From: Gemmatimonadales bacterium
GTDB lineage: Bacteria; Gemmatimonadota; Gemmatimonadetes; Gemmatimonadales; GWC2-71-9
DNA: 64,000 nucleotides
Assembly (NCBI GenBank): GCA_044229245.1
Contig: JBGATI010000001.1
Location: forward strand, 130,346 to 194,345
Direction: 5' to 3'
The position numbers and the translations under genes were made by a program. The number at the start of each line of letters is the position of its first letter. Positions within the stretch are counted from its first letter, which is position 1. Positions 49,424 through 59,260 of this stretch are shown piece after piece. The notes below the pieces were generated by a model, which searched no databases, was not told where the DNA came from, and saw only the letters and a program-made list of their open reading frames with translations.

Positions 49424-52400
49424 ATGCTGATCTCTGCGCTGGCCATCATCACGACGCTGCACGCCGACACCACCAGGAAGAAGATCGACAGCCTTCCCCT
49501 CGTCCCGACCCGCACCGTCGCCTATGAGACCAGCGAAGGGACCTGGATGTCCCTCGACGTCTCGCCCGACGGGCGGACCATCGTCTTCGAACTCGTCGGC
49601 GACATCTACACGATGCCGATCACCGGCGGCCCGGCGACCCCGATCACCAGCGGACCGGCCTTCGATTCCCAGCCACGCTGGTCGCCCGACGGGACGCGGG
49701 TCGTCTTCCTGAGCGATCGAGATGGTGGCGAGAACGTCTGGACGATGGACCCCGACGGCTCGAAAACCAGGGCGGTGAGCAAGGGAGAGAACAACCTCTA
49801 CGCCTCCCCGGAGTGGACGCCGGACGGCCAGTACATCGTCGTCTCCCGGACCAGCGCCCCGCTCGGCAGCAACTACCAGCTCTGGATGTTCCACAAGGAT
49901 GGCGGTCCCGGGATCAGCCTCACCAAGGACGACAAGGGCCAGGGCGCCCTCGGCAGCGGCCGGGGAGCGACGATCAACAGCCTCGGCGCCGCCTTCGGCC
50001 CCGACGGACGCTATCTCTGGTACGCCCGGAAGCGGGGCGGGTTCGGCTACAACATCGACATCACCCAGTGGCAGCTGGCCATCTTCGACCGGACGAACGG
50101 GAAGATCTTCCCCCAGACCGACGTCTACGGCAGCGCCATGCGGCCCGTTCTCTCCCCCGATGGGCGCTGGCTGGTGTACGCCGTCCGCCACGACGCCGAG
50201 ACCGGCCTCCGGCTCCGCGATCTCACCAGCGGCGATGAGCGCTGGCTCCGCTACCCGGTCCAGCGCGACGATCAGGAATCACGCTTCACCCGCGACCTGA
50301 TGCCCGGATCGTCCTTCACGCCGGACAGCAAGTCGCTGGTCACCACCTGGGGTGGCCACTTCTGGAAGGTGTCGGTCACCGACACGACGGCGACCGAGAT
50401 TCCGTTCACCGCTCCGGTGCATCTCGATCTCGGTCCGCTGGTCCAGTTCGTCAACCGGACCGACACCGGCGACATCCTGGTCAAGCAGGTCCGCGACGTC
50501 TCGCTGTCCCCCGATGGCCGGAGCCTGGTCTTCACCGCCCTCGACCGGCTCTACCGGATGGATCTGCCCAACGGCACGCCGAAGCGCCTGACGAGTGATA
50601 CCGTCCACGAGCAGCACCCCTCCTGGGCGCCGGATGGCAAGTCGATCGCCTACATCACGTGGGGCATCGAGGGAGGCTACATCCAGTCGGTGAGCGCCAC
50701 CGGGGGCAAGCCGCAGCGCCTCGTCTCGGCGCCGGCCTTCTACATGTATCCCGCCTGGTCCCCCGACGGACAGCGCATCGTCGCGCTGCGCGGGCCGCGC
50801 GAGGCCCGGATCCGCGAGGGCTTCGGTCCCGGCTACGACCTGGTCTGGCTGCCGGCGAAAGGGGGAGCGGTCCAGCGTGTCGCCCCGATCAATCCGAATG
50901 GCCGGCCCCACTTCTCCCGCGACCCCAACCGGATCTATCTCTACGACGCGGGTGAGGGCCTGCTCTCGATGCGCTTCGACGGGACCGACCGGAAAGCCAT
51001 CCTCAAGATCACCGGCTTCACGGTGAACTCGCCGGGCGCCGAGCCCAATGCGGCCGACGAGATCCTCATCTCGCCCGACAGCCAGCAAGCCCTCGCGCTC
51101 GTCAACAACTACGTCTACCTCGTCAACCTGCCCATGACGGGGCAGCTCCCGCTCACGATCAATATCGCAGACCCGACTGCGGCGGTCTTCCCGGCGAAGC
51201 GCCTCACCAAGGTCGGCGGCGACTTCATCGGCTGGGCGGCCGACGGCCGGAGCGTCACCTGGGCGCTGGGCCGGAGCGTGTTCCGCTACGAGATGGCCCG
51301 CGCCGACTCCCTCGGCAGGCTCAAGACCACCGCCGATTCGTTGCGTGCCGATTCGCTCAAGTCCCTCGGCGCCAAAGCGGACTCCGCGACCAAGGCGCGC
51401 TACGATTCGCTCGCGAAGGCGCCGGCCTACGAGGCCGCCCGTCTCGACATCGCCGTGACGGTGCCCCGCGACGTGCCCCGCGGAACCGTCGTGCTCGCCG
51501 GCGCCCGGATCATCAGCATGAAGGGCGACGAGCTCATCGAACGGGGCGACGTGGTCATCACCGACAACCGCATCGTCTGCGTCGCGGCCACCGGGTGTGA
51601 ACGGCCGGCCGGCGCCAAGATCATCGACGTGAGCGGCAAGACGATCATGCCCGGCATGGTGGACATCCATGCGCACCCGTGGCCGACCTTCGGCGTCCAC
51701 GCGACCCAGGTGTGGAAGTATCTCGCCAACCTCGCGTACGGCGTGACCACGACGCGCGACCCGCAGACCTCCACGACCGACGTCCTCACCTACGCCGACC
51801 AGGTCGAGGCGGGATCGCTCATCGGCCCGCGCATCTACCACACCGGCCCCGGCGTATTCGGGCCCTACATCGAGGAGCCGTTCGCGAGCCTGGACGACGT
51901 GCGAAACGCCCTCAAGCGCTACAGCGAGTTCTATCATACCGGCACGATCAAGCAGTACATGGCGGGCAACCGGAAGCAACGGCAGTGGGTCATCATGGCG
52001 GCGAAAGAGCAGCGCCTCATGCCGACCACCGAGGGCGGGCTCGACTTCAAGATGAACCTCACCTTCGCCCTCGACGGCTACCCCGGCCACGAACACGCGC
52101 TGCCCATCATGCCGATCTACAGGGACGTGGTGGAGCTGTATGCGAAGTCCGGGATCACCTGGACCCCGACGCTGCTGGTCTCCTACGGCGGTCCCTTCAG
52201 CGAGAACTACTTCTACGAGCACTACGACATCCACGACATGCCCAAGGTCCGCCGCTTCTTCCCCCACTCGGAAATCGATGGGCGGGCGGAACGGCGTCCC
52301 TGGTTCCGCGACAATCAGTACGTCTTCACCCGCATCGCCGAAGGGGTCCGCAAGGTGGTCGAGGCCGGCGGCAAGATCGGCCTCGGCGGACATGGCCAGA

Positions 52401-52771
52401 TGGACGGACTCGGCGACCACTGGGAACTCTGGGCGATTGCCTCGGGCGGGATGAAGCCGCACGACGTGCTGCGGGTGGCAACCCTCTTCGGCGCCCAGGC
52501 CATCGGCATGGACCAGGACCTCGGCTCCCTCGAGCCCGGCAAGCTGGCCGACCTGATCGTCCTGGACAAGAATCCGCTGGACGACATCCACAACTCCACC
52601 GCCATTCACTACGTGATGAAGAATGGCCGGCTCTATGACGGCGAGACGCTCGACGAGGTCTATCCGCGCGCCCGCAAGCTGGAGCCGCAGTGGTGGTGGA
52701 ACCGCGAATCCAGCGATGTCGGCGCTCCCCCGGCCATCGACGCCGACGATCCCGGAGCGGGGCTCCCCTGA
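49424..52771 (+). CDS. TolB-like beta-propeller / amidohydrolase fusion protein
   Basis: 1115 aa. Repeated PD40-type blades (SPDGRTIVF, WSPDGTRVVF, SPDGRWLVY, WAPDGKSIAY, WSPDGQRIVA). C-terminal metal-dependent hydrolase domain (IMPGMVDIHAHPW...GHGQMDG...ADLIVLDKNPLDDI). Confidence 0.85.
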   Translation: MLISALAIITTLHADTTRKKIDSLPLVPTRTVAYETSEGTWMSLDVSPDGRTIVFELVGDIYTMPITGGPATPITSGPAFDSQPRWSPDGTRVVFLSDRDGGENVWTMDPDGSKTRAVSKGENNLYASPEWTPDGQYIVVSRTSAPLGSNYQLWMFHKDGGPGISLTKDDKGQGALGSGRGATINSLGAAFGPDGRYLWYARKRGGFGYNIDITQWQLAIFDRTNGKIFPQTDVYGSAMRPVLSPDGRWLVYAVRHDAETGLRLRDLTSGDERWLRYPVQRDDQESRFTRDLMPGSSFTPDSKSLVTTWGGHFWKVSVTDTTATEIPFTAPVHLDLGPLVQFVNRTDTGDILVKQVRDVSLSPDGRSLVFTALDRLYRMDLPNGTPKRLTSDTVHEQHPSWAPDGKSIAYITWGIEGGYIQSVSATGGKPQRLVSAPAFYMYPAWSPDGQRIVALRGPREARIREGFGPGYDLVWLPAKGGAVQRVAPINPNGRPHFSRDPNRIYLYDAGEGLLSMRFDGTDRKAILKITGFTVNSPGAEPNAADEILISPDSQQALALVNNYVYLVNLPMTGQLPLTINIADPTAAVFPAKRLTKVGGDFIGWAADGRSVTWALGRSVFRYEMARADSLGRLKTTADSLRADSLKSLGAKADSATKARYDSLAKAPAYEAARLDIAVTVPRDVPRGTVVLAGARIISMKGDELIERGDVVITDNRIVCVAATGCERPAGAKIIDVSGKTIMPGMVDIHAHPWPTFGVHATQVWKYLANLAYGVTTTRDPQTSTTDVLTYADQVEAGSLIGPRIYHTGPGVFGPYIEEPFASLDDVRNALKRYSEFYHTGTIKQYMAGNRKQRQWVIMAAKEQRLMPTTEGGLDFKMNLTFALDGYPGHEHALPIMPIYRDVVELYAKSGITWTPTLLVSYGGPFSENYFYEHYDIHDMPKVRRFFPHSEIDGRAERRPWFRDNQYVFTRIAEGVRKVVEAGGKIGLGGHGQMDGLGDHWELWAIASGGMKPHDVLRVATLFGAQAIGMDQDLGSLEPGKLADLIVLDKNPLDDIHNSTAIHYVMKNGRLYDGETLDEVYPRARKLEPQWWWNRESSDVGAPPAIDADDPGAGLP

Positions 52772-54453
52772 TGTTCGCGGCCCGTCGCCGCACGGCGGTG
52801 ACCATGGCGCCCGCTGCACGGGCGCCACGGTCACTCGCCGCCGGACTCGCACTCGCCGGCATCTGCCTGATTGGGCGAACGGAACACGCCCAGGCCCAAT
52901 CGCCGCTTCGCACCGGCTCACCGCTGTCGGCGGCGGAAGCAGCCTTCCAGCAGGCGCGCTACTGGCACGACCAGCTGCGCCTGACCGAGTCGCTCGGGAG
53001 CGATACCACGCCGTCGGGATTGACGAGGCAGACCATCTCGGACAGCCTCCGACTCTACCGCGGGGTCTTCCGCGCCCGGCTCGACGAGGACTCGTCGCGC
53101 GCGCTCCCGCTGGAGGACCGCGCGGCGTTGCAGGTGCTGCGTGGTACCGCGGGCGAATTCCTGCCGCCAACGGCCGGGGCGGTGCAGCCGTCCGGGCAAT
53201 CGCCGCTCGTCCTGCTGACGGACAGCGTGCTGGCGCACTATAGTACCGCCACGAGCAGCATCGTCGTGGAGGGGGACACGCTCAATCGGCTCGCGGTCCT
53301 CGCCCGCCTCGCGCGGACGCCAGACGCCGTGCGCCGCCGCGCGCTCTTTCTCGCGCTCGAGCCGGTCTGGCGGAGCGTCAACGCCGGCAACGAACCGGGC
53401 AGCCCCTACCGCACCCTGGTGCGACTGCGGCGGGCCGCCTGGGGCGACTCAGTCTCCCCGATCGAAGCGAAGGGACCCGCCTTCGGGCTCCGCACGGCGG
53501 CGCTCGAGGAGTGGCTCACCCGCGCCCTCGATCGCTGGCGGGTCGCCACGCCGGACACGCTCCTCGAACCCTGGGACTGGTACTACTTCGCGGGGGCGGC
53601 GAGCCGGCGCCTGAGCAATCGGGTCCCCACGATTGCCGACATGCTGCGGGTGAACGATGCCTTCTACAGCGCCATCGGCGCCTCGCCCGTGCGCCTGCAC
53701 GTCCGGTACGATCTCGGGGCCAGGCCGGGAAAGTACCCGGTCGCCTACACCGACTTTGCGTCCCGCAACCGGTGGATCGACGGCAAGCTGATCGAGGGCG
53801 AGCCCGCGGTCTTCACCAGCTATCTCGACGGCAATCTCGACAATCTCGCCGAGCTGCTGCACGAGAGCGGTCACGCGATCCACATCGCAGCAATCCGGAC
53901 CCGCCCTGCGCTGCTCGACTGGCCAGACAACGACACCTTCACCGAGGCGCTCGCGGATCTGCCGGCCCTCGAACTGTACGAACCGGCCTGGCAATGGCGC
54001 TTCCTCGGCGACAGCGTTCCGCTCGCCGAATCGCTGCGAGCCAAATACGCGAGCATCGTCCTCGACCTGGCCTGGGCGCTCCTGGAGATCCGGGTGCATC
54101 GAACGCCCGACGCGGACCCCAACCTCATCTGGAGCGAGATCACCTCGCGCTACCTCCATATCCGGCCCCATCCCGAATGGTCCTGGTGGGCCATGCGCGG
54201 CCAGCTGATCGATGGCCCCGGCTACCTGGTCAACTATGCACTCGGCGCCTTTCTCGTCGCGGACATGCGGGCCCGGGTCGCCGAGCGCTGGGGACCATTC
54301 ACCCGCGCAGATTCGACCCTGTATCCCCATCTCAGCGAGACGATCTACCGCTTCGGCCTCGAGCGGCCCTCGCGCCGCGTGCTCGAGGACTTCCTCGGTC
54401 GCCCGGCGCGCCCCGATGCCCTCCTCGAGGACATGAAGCGGATGTCCCGGTGA
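52771..54453 (+). CDS. Putative secreted zinc metallopeptidase (HExxH)
   Basis: About 560 aa from ATG 52771 (overlaps the upstream stop). Signal-like LAAGLALAGICLIGRTEHAQAQ. Contains LAELLHESGHAIH. The family assignment (M2/M3-like) is tentative. Confidence 0.65.
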   Translation: MFAARRRTAVTMAPAARAPRSLAAGLALAGICLIGRTEHAQAQSPLRTGSPLSAAEAAFQQARYWHDQLRLTESLGSDTTPSGLTRQTISDSLRLYRGVFRARLDEDSSRALPLEDRAALQVLRGTAGEFLPPTAGAVQPSGQSPLVLLTDSVLAHYSTATSSIVVEGDTLNRLAVLARLARTPDAVRRRALFLALEPVWRSVNAGNEPGSPYRTLVRLRRAAWGDSVSPIEAKGPAFGLRTAALEEWLTRALDRWRVATPDTLLEPWDWYYFAGAASRRLSNRVPTIADMLRVNDAFYSAIGASPVRLHVRYDLGARPGKYPVAYTDFASRNRWIDGKLIEGEPAVFTSYLDGNLDNLAELLHESGHAIHIAAIRTRPALLDWPDNDTFTEALADLPALELYEPAWQWRFLGDSVPLAESLRAKYASIVLDLAWALLEIRVHRTPDADPNLIWSEITSRYLHIRPHPEWSWWAMRGQLIDGPGYLVNYALGAFLVADMRARVAERWGPFTRADSTLYPHLSETIYRFGLERPSRRVLEDFLGRPARPDALLEDMKRMSR

Positions 54454-55106
54454 TCGACCACCCGCTCTTCTCGAAGGACAGCGGCGACAAGGCCCAGTTC
54501 CTCAAGCTCTTCGTGAGGACGGCCATCGCCGGCTTCCCCGTCCTGGCGATGGGTCAGGCCTTCGGTGCGGCCAAGGGGTGGTACGGCGGCGGCACCTTCC
54601 TGCTGCTGCTTCTCCTCGATATCCCGTTCGTCTTCCTGCTGTCCACCGCGTTGTGGTTTGTCATGCAGAGCACCGCGCAGGGCTTCGCCAACACGGTCCT
54701 GGGCGCGGGCAACCTGAAACCGGATCCGGCGCATTCCGGCTGCGAGTCGCTCGTCGCGCGCGGATTCTATCCTGAGGCCGCCGACTGCTTCCGGGCGATG
54801 ATCGCGGAGCATCCCGGGGACGATCTCGCGAAGATCAAGCTCGCGCAGGTCTGCCGCGATCATCTGAACGATCCCGCGTCGGCGGAATCGCTCCTGGTGG
54901 ACGTCCGCGCGCGAGGCACCGACCCGCGTCAGGCGGTGATGGCCGCGAACCTGCTCATCGAGCTGTATCGGGCGACGGGGAGAAAGGACCGGCTGATGGT
55001 GGAGCTGGCGCGCTTCGCCGATCGCTACAAGGGATCACGCGCGGGCAGCGAGGCCGCCAGGACCCTGCGGGAGCTGAAGCAACAGCTCGGTGACACCGAG
55101 CGATGA
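54450..55106 (+). CDS. Hypothetical membrane protein with helical (TPR-like) C-terminal domain
   Basis: The GTG at 54450 overlaps the upstream stop (GTGA). Two or three hydrophobic helices, followed by a soluble helical region. It is the last part of an out-of-frame 531-aa track ORF. Confidence 0.45.
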   Translation: MIDHPLFSKDSGDKAQFLKLFVRTAIAGFPVLAMGQAFGAAKGWYGGGTFLLLLLLDIPFVFLLSTALWFVMQSTAQGFANTVLGAGNLKPDPAHSGCESLVARGFYPEAADCFRAMIAEHPGDDLAKIKLAQVCRDHLNDPASAESLLVDVRARGTDPRQAVMAANLLIELYRATGRKDRLMVELARFADRYKGSRAGSEAARTLRELKQQLGDTER

Positions 55107-55124
55107 GCCGACGGGGCCTGGCGC

Positions 55125-55970
55125 TCAGGCCCCTCGCAGCGTGAAGAGTCCCACCTCGGGGGGACAGCGGAAGCGGGCCCGAATGCCGCTGGTACCGATG
55201 CCCCTGCTCACGAAGAGCGGCGCGAAGGTATCCCGGTACCACCCTGAGACGAAACGGCCGCTCGCCGGCGGCGTGATCGCGGGAAGCAGCGGGGGCCGGA
55301 TCTGCCCACCGTGGGTATGTCCCGAGAGCATCAGCGCCGGTTTGGGATAGGGACGTCCGACGAGTTGATCGGCGTAGCCCGGCGCGTGAAAGCCCCAGAC
55401 CGGGAGCGCAGAGTCCGAGACGCCGCGCAGCGCGCGCTCCGGATCGGGGATGCCCGCACGAGGATCATCGAGGCCCACCAGCGCCAGCATCGTATCACCG
55501 ACCGCCACGACCTGCGACTCGTTGTAGAGCAGAGCGGCTCCTGCCGCGGAGCAGATCCGGGCCAGCGCGCCAGGGGTCACCCCCACCTGGATCTCCCAGT
55601 TGCCCATCGTCACCACGGTGGCCAGCCTGCCCCGGCACGCCGCCAGCAGCGGGCCGAGCTCGGTGAGCTGCCGCTGGTTCTCGACGAGGTCTCCCGTGAT
55701 CATGGTGATGTCGGGGCTGCTCGAACTCACCAGCTCCATCGCGCGCCGGGCCGCCCCGTGGATGCCGGCATAGAGATGGATATCGCTGACGTGGGCGATG
55801 GTGACCCCCTCGAGTCCCCGCGGAAGTCGGGGGACCGGGACGTCATGCCGATTCAGTTCGACCCGTCGCAGCGCACCGGTGAAGGCATCCGTCCCGGCCG
55901 CCGCGAGCCCGACGGCCGCGCCGCCGGCCACGACCAGAAATGCGCGCCGTGACATGGGGCGGAAGGGCAT
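55125..55970 (-). CDS. Tat-signal metallophosphoesterase (calcineurin-like)
   Basis: 281 aa. Twin-arginine-like MSRRAFLVVAGGAAVGLAA. Motifs HVSDIHL, GDLV, GNWE and SGHTHGG. Confidence 0.8.
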   Translation of the reverse strand: MPFRPMSRRAFLVVAGGAAVGLAAAGTDAFTGALRRVELNRHDVPVPRLPRGLEGVTIAHVSDIHLYAGIHGAARRAMELVSSSSPDITMITGDLVENQRQLTELGPLLAACRGRLATVVTMGNWEIQVGVTPGALARICSAAGAALLYNESQVVAVGDTMLALVGLDDPRAGIPDPERALRGVSDSALPVWGFHAPGYADQLVGRPYPKPALMLSGHTHGGQIRPPLLPAITPPASGRFVSGWYRDTFAPLFVSRGIGTSGIRARFRCPPEVGLFTLRGA

Positions 55971-56000
55971 CGAGCTGACTCGGCCTGAAGAGAGAATGCG

Positions 56001-58628
56001 CTACTGCTGCCGGAGCGCGTGCATCGGATCGACCTTCGAGGCGCGCAGCGCCGGCACGTAACTCACGACGCCCGCGACGAGCAGCAGCAGGATGCCCGCG
56101 CCCGCAAAGGCCAACGTATCGGCAGGGGTGATGCCGAAGAGCATGCTCGCCAGCAGCCGCCCAAGCGCGAGCGCGCCCAGTGCACCGATGCAGACGCCGA
56201 TCGCGGTGGTCGACAACCCCCGGCGGAGAATCATCCACCGGACCGCGCGCGGCTCCGCACCGAGAGCCAGACGCACGCCGATTTCCTGGCGCCGCTGTGC
56301 CACATCGCCCGAGAGCACGCCATAGAGTCCGATGGCGGCCAGCAAGAGGGCCGTGAGCGCGAAGACGCTGACCAGACCGGCGCGGACCCCATCGGCGGCG
56401 GTGAAGCCACCCAGCTCCTCCTCGAGCGGCGCAATCTGATCGATGATGATATTCGGGTCGACCCCCGCGAGCGCGCGCCGGATCGTCGCCGCCATCTCCC
56501 CGGGCGCCGCATTGGTTCGGATCACGAAAACGCTGAGGGGCCAATAGGTCGACTCAAAGGGGACGAAGACCTCCGGCGGCTGCACCGGCTGATTCGGGCG
56601 CTGCCGGACATCCCCGACAACACCGACGACCTCATACCAGCGCGGTGCAGCGCCCGCCTCCGGGTGGACATCGAACGTCAGCGCAGCACCGATCCCCTGC
56701 CCCGACCCGAGAAACCTCCGCGCGAATTCCTGGTTGACCACGATCTCCTTCGGCCCGTTCGAACCGGTGGGAGGTGACCAGAGCCGGCCGGCGCGGAGCG
56801 GGATCCCGAGGGTGCTGAAGTACCCGGAACTCACCGCCCGAAAGGAGACGTCGGGAATTTCTGGCCCTTCCTCCGGCTGCCGGCCAACACGAACCCGAAG
56901 TGGACGGCTCTGTGAACCTCCCTCGAGGGGGAGTCGGTCGGTTAGCCCGACCTGCTGCACCCCCGGCAGCGCGGCGAGCGCCTCGAGACCCTGGCGATAA
57001 AACGCCAGCAGCCGGGTCTGGTCCATGCCCCACGAGAGCGGCGCGCGCACGGCGATCACCCGCTCCGGCAGGATGCCGAGCGGCGACCGGCGCACCAGAT
57101 AGAGGCTCCGTCCCAACAAGCCAGCCCCCACAAGCAGCAGCATGGACAGCACCACCTGGGACACGACGAAGATCCGGCGGCTCAGCACCCGGGAGGTGCC
57201 CATGGTGTTGCGCCCGCCCTCGCGCAACGTCGTTGGTCCCGCGGTCACGCCAGCCGCCTGCCACGCGGGCACGAGGCCGAAGAGGAGGCCGCACACCGCC
57301 GTGACGAGCAACGCGAAAATCACCACGCGCCAGTCGAGCTCCGCCGATGCAAGTCGCGGGAGGCCTGCCGGCAGCAGTCGCTGCAGCAGCGGCACGGCGA
57401 GCCACGCGAGGAGCAGCCCGCCAACACCGCCCGCGAGCGCGAGCAGCATGCTCTCGACGAGATAGAGGCGGAGCAGACTCGCGCGACCGGCGCCGAGCGC
57501 CACCCGCACCGCGGCTTCGTGCCGACGCTCATCGGCGCGGGCCAGGAGCAGGGTCGCGAGATTCACGCAGGCGATCATGAGGACCAGCCCGATGGCACCG
57601 AGCAGGAGCAGCAGCGGCCGCCGGGCCTCCCCCGTCTCCTCGGATTGCAGCGAGACGAGGCGGGCCCGGAGTCCTGCGTCGGTCGCCGGGTATTCCTGCT
57701 CGAACCGCTTCACGACCGCATCGAGTTCAGCCTGCGCGCGCTCCACCGGCATGCCGGGCTTGAGCCGGCCGACGATCCCCATGTAGCTCGGCCTCCGGTC
57801 CGCCGACTGGAACTCGGCAGGCGCGGGACTGATGAGGTCGATCCCCTCGGGGTAAGCAAACCCAGCGGGGAGCACTCCGATCACCGTGTAGCTGCGCCCC
57901 TCGAGCACGAGTGGACGCCCCAGCGCGTCGGGTGCGGCCCCGAAATACCGCTGCCACGTGGCCTGCGTCACTACCGCCACCAATCCGCCCCGCCCCGCCG
58001 TCTCCTCCTCCGTGAACCCCCGACCCAGGGCCGGGACCGCGCCGAGAAGCTCGAGCGCCGGTCCGAAGGTTCGAAGCGCCTTGAGTCGCGTGGGACCTTC
58101 GGTCGCGACCAGTGTGACATCTTCGCTGTAGAAGCCGGAGAGCTGGTCGATGCTCGCCAGCTGTTCGCGATAGTCGCGGTAGCGGGCCGGGTTACCGCCC
58201 AGTCCCTGATCCCGCTTCGACTCCTTGAGCGCGAAGACCCGTCCAGCCTCGGGAAGCGGGAGCGGTTTGAGCAGGACCGCGTCGACCACGCTGAAGATCG
58301 CGCTGGTCGCCCCGATGCCGAGGGAGAGCGACAGCAGCGCCGTCGCGACGAGCCCCGGTCGCTTGCCCAGGCTCCGCACAGCCTGGCGTCCTTCGCGCAT
58401 CAGGTCGTCCAGCCAGCCGAGCACATCGGCGTCGCGCGTCTGTTCGCGCAGTGAGGCGGCATGGCCGAACCGCTCCCGCGCATCGCGCTCCGCCGCCGCT
58501 GGCGACATGCCGGCTGCGAGGTTCTCGCGGATCCGCTCCTCGACATGGAAGCGCATCTCCTCGGCGAGCTCCGCGGCATGCCGCTCTCTGCGCCAGAGCG
58601 TGGTCGCGATTCGGGTCATCCAGCCCAT
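56001..58628 (-). CDS. Duplicated FtsX/MacB-type ABC permease (ADOP-like)
   Basis: 875 aa. N-terminal regulatory helix region (AEEMRFHVEERIRENLAAGMSPAAAERDARERFG). Two MacB_PCD plus FtsX modules. Confidence 0.9.
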   Translation of the reverse strand: MGWMTRIATTLWRRERHAAELAEEMRFHVEERIRENLAAGMSPAAAERDARERFGHAASLREQTRDADVLGWLDDLMREGRQAVRSLGKRPGLVATALLSLSLGIGATSAIFSVVDAVLLKPLPLPEAGRVFALKESKRDQGLGGNPARYRDYREQLASIDQLSGFYSEDVTLVATEGPTRLKALRTFGPALELLGAVPALGRGFTEEETAGRGGLVAVVTQATWQRYFGAAPDALGRPLVLEGRSYTVIGVLPAGFAYPEGIDLISPAPAEFQSADRRPSYMGIVGRLKPGMPVERAQAELDAVVKRFEQEYPATDAGLRARLVSLQSEETGEARRPLLLLLGAIGLVLMIACVNLATLLLARADERRHEAAVRVALGAGRASLLRLYLVESMLLALAGGVGGLLLAWLAVPLLQRLLPAGLPRLASAELDWRVVIFALLVTAVCGLLFGLVPAWQAAGVTAGPTTLREGGRNTMGTSRVLSRRIFVVSQVVLSMLLLVGAGLLGRSLYLVRRSPLGILPERVIAVRAPLSWGMDQTRLLAFYRQGLEALAALPGVQQVGLTDRLPLEGGSQSRPLRVRVGRQPEEGPEIPDVSFRAVSSGYFSTLGIPLRAGRLWSPPTGSNGPKEIVVNQEFARRFLGSGQGIGAALTFDVHPEAGAAPRWYEVVGVVGDVRQRPNQPVQPPEVFVPFESTYWPLSVFVIRTNAAPGEMAATIRRALAGVDPNIIIDQIAPLEEELGGFTAADGVRAGLVSVFALTALLLAAIGLYGVLSGDVAQRRQEIGVRLALGAEPRAVRWMILRRGLSTTAIGVCIGALGALALGRLLASMLFGITPADTLAFAGAGILLLLVAGVVSYVPALRASKVDPMHALRQQ

Positions 58629-58643
58629 GGGTGTTCGCTTTCT

Positions 58644-58982
58644 TCAGGCGCCTGTGAAGGCGAGAACCTGGTTGACGCCGACCGTGAGCCGCTTCCAGTG
58701 CTGGGCCTCCTCCGCGAGCTGACGGCGACCCGCGGCGGTCAGGGCATAGAACCGGGCCCGGCGATTGGTGTCGGTGAGTCCCCACTCGGAGCGGATCCAG
58801 CCGTCCTGCTCCATGCGGTGCAGCGCCGGGTAGAGCGAGCCCTCCTCGACCCGCAGGACATCACGTGACACCCGCTGGATATGACTCGTGATGCCATACC
58901 CGTGGCGTGGCCCCTCGTTCAGCGTCTTGAGGACCAGCAGACTCAAGGTCCCCTGCAGGACGTCACTCTTCGTCTTGGCCAT
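58644..58982 (-). CDS. PadR-family transcriptional regulator
   Basis: 112 aa. LQGTLSLLVLKTLNEGPRHGYGI...EGSLYPALHRMEQDGWI. Confidence 0.92.
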   Translation of the reverse strand: MAKTKSDVLQGTLSLLVLKTLNEGPRHGYGITSHIQRVSRDVLRVEEGSLYPALHRMEQDGWIRSEWGLTDTNRRARFYALTAAGRRQLAEEAQHWKRLTVGVNQVLAFTGA

Positions 58983-58996
58983 CGTGCCTCTCCATT

Positions 58997-59017
58997 ACCT
59001 AGACTCCTACACCTAGG
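58997..59017. promoter_or_regulatory. Candidate operator/promoter element upstream of padR (ACCTAG repeat / CCTAG-N10-CTAGG inverted repeat)
   Basis: ACCTAGACTCCTACACCTAGG lies in a locally AT-richer stretch, 15-35 nt upstream of the padR ATG. No function has been demonstrated. Confidence 0.3.
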
Positions 59018-59116
59018 AATCTATGCATGCTCGTCGATCACGCAACCTCGAGGGGTCGGCCTGCGCCCCTCCTGCACAAACCTTCGACAGGGCGCTGACC
59101 GAATGCTGGATGGCGA

Positions 59117-59260
59117 TCAACGCACGAGGAAAGCGAGCACGGCGGCGACCAGCCAGAGGGCGCGCTCGTCCCGTTCGCGGGGTAGCGCCGAGAGGCTGGA
59201 CGGGGAGGAGTGAACGAGCAGGGCGGCCATCGCCGCCGCGAGCAGGGGAATGGCGCTCAT
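59117..59260 (-). CDS. Possible 47-aa two-helix membrane peptide
   Basis: The ATG at 59260 forms an ATGA overlap with the stop of the upstream gene. It has two hydrophobic stretches. This is very short and weakly supported. Confidence 0.3.
   Translation of the reverse strand: MSAIPLLAAAMAALLVHSSPSSLSALPRERDERALWLVAAVLAFLVR

Noticed and set aside
50279-53170. 963-aa minus-strand ORF opposite the TolB-like amidohydrolase and the metallopeptidase
   Set aside because: It is antisense to two genes with clear family motifs (PD40 blades, HAHPW, HESGH) and crosses their boundary. Its composition is typical of GC-rich antisense frames.
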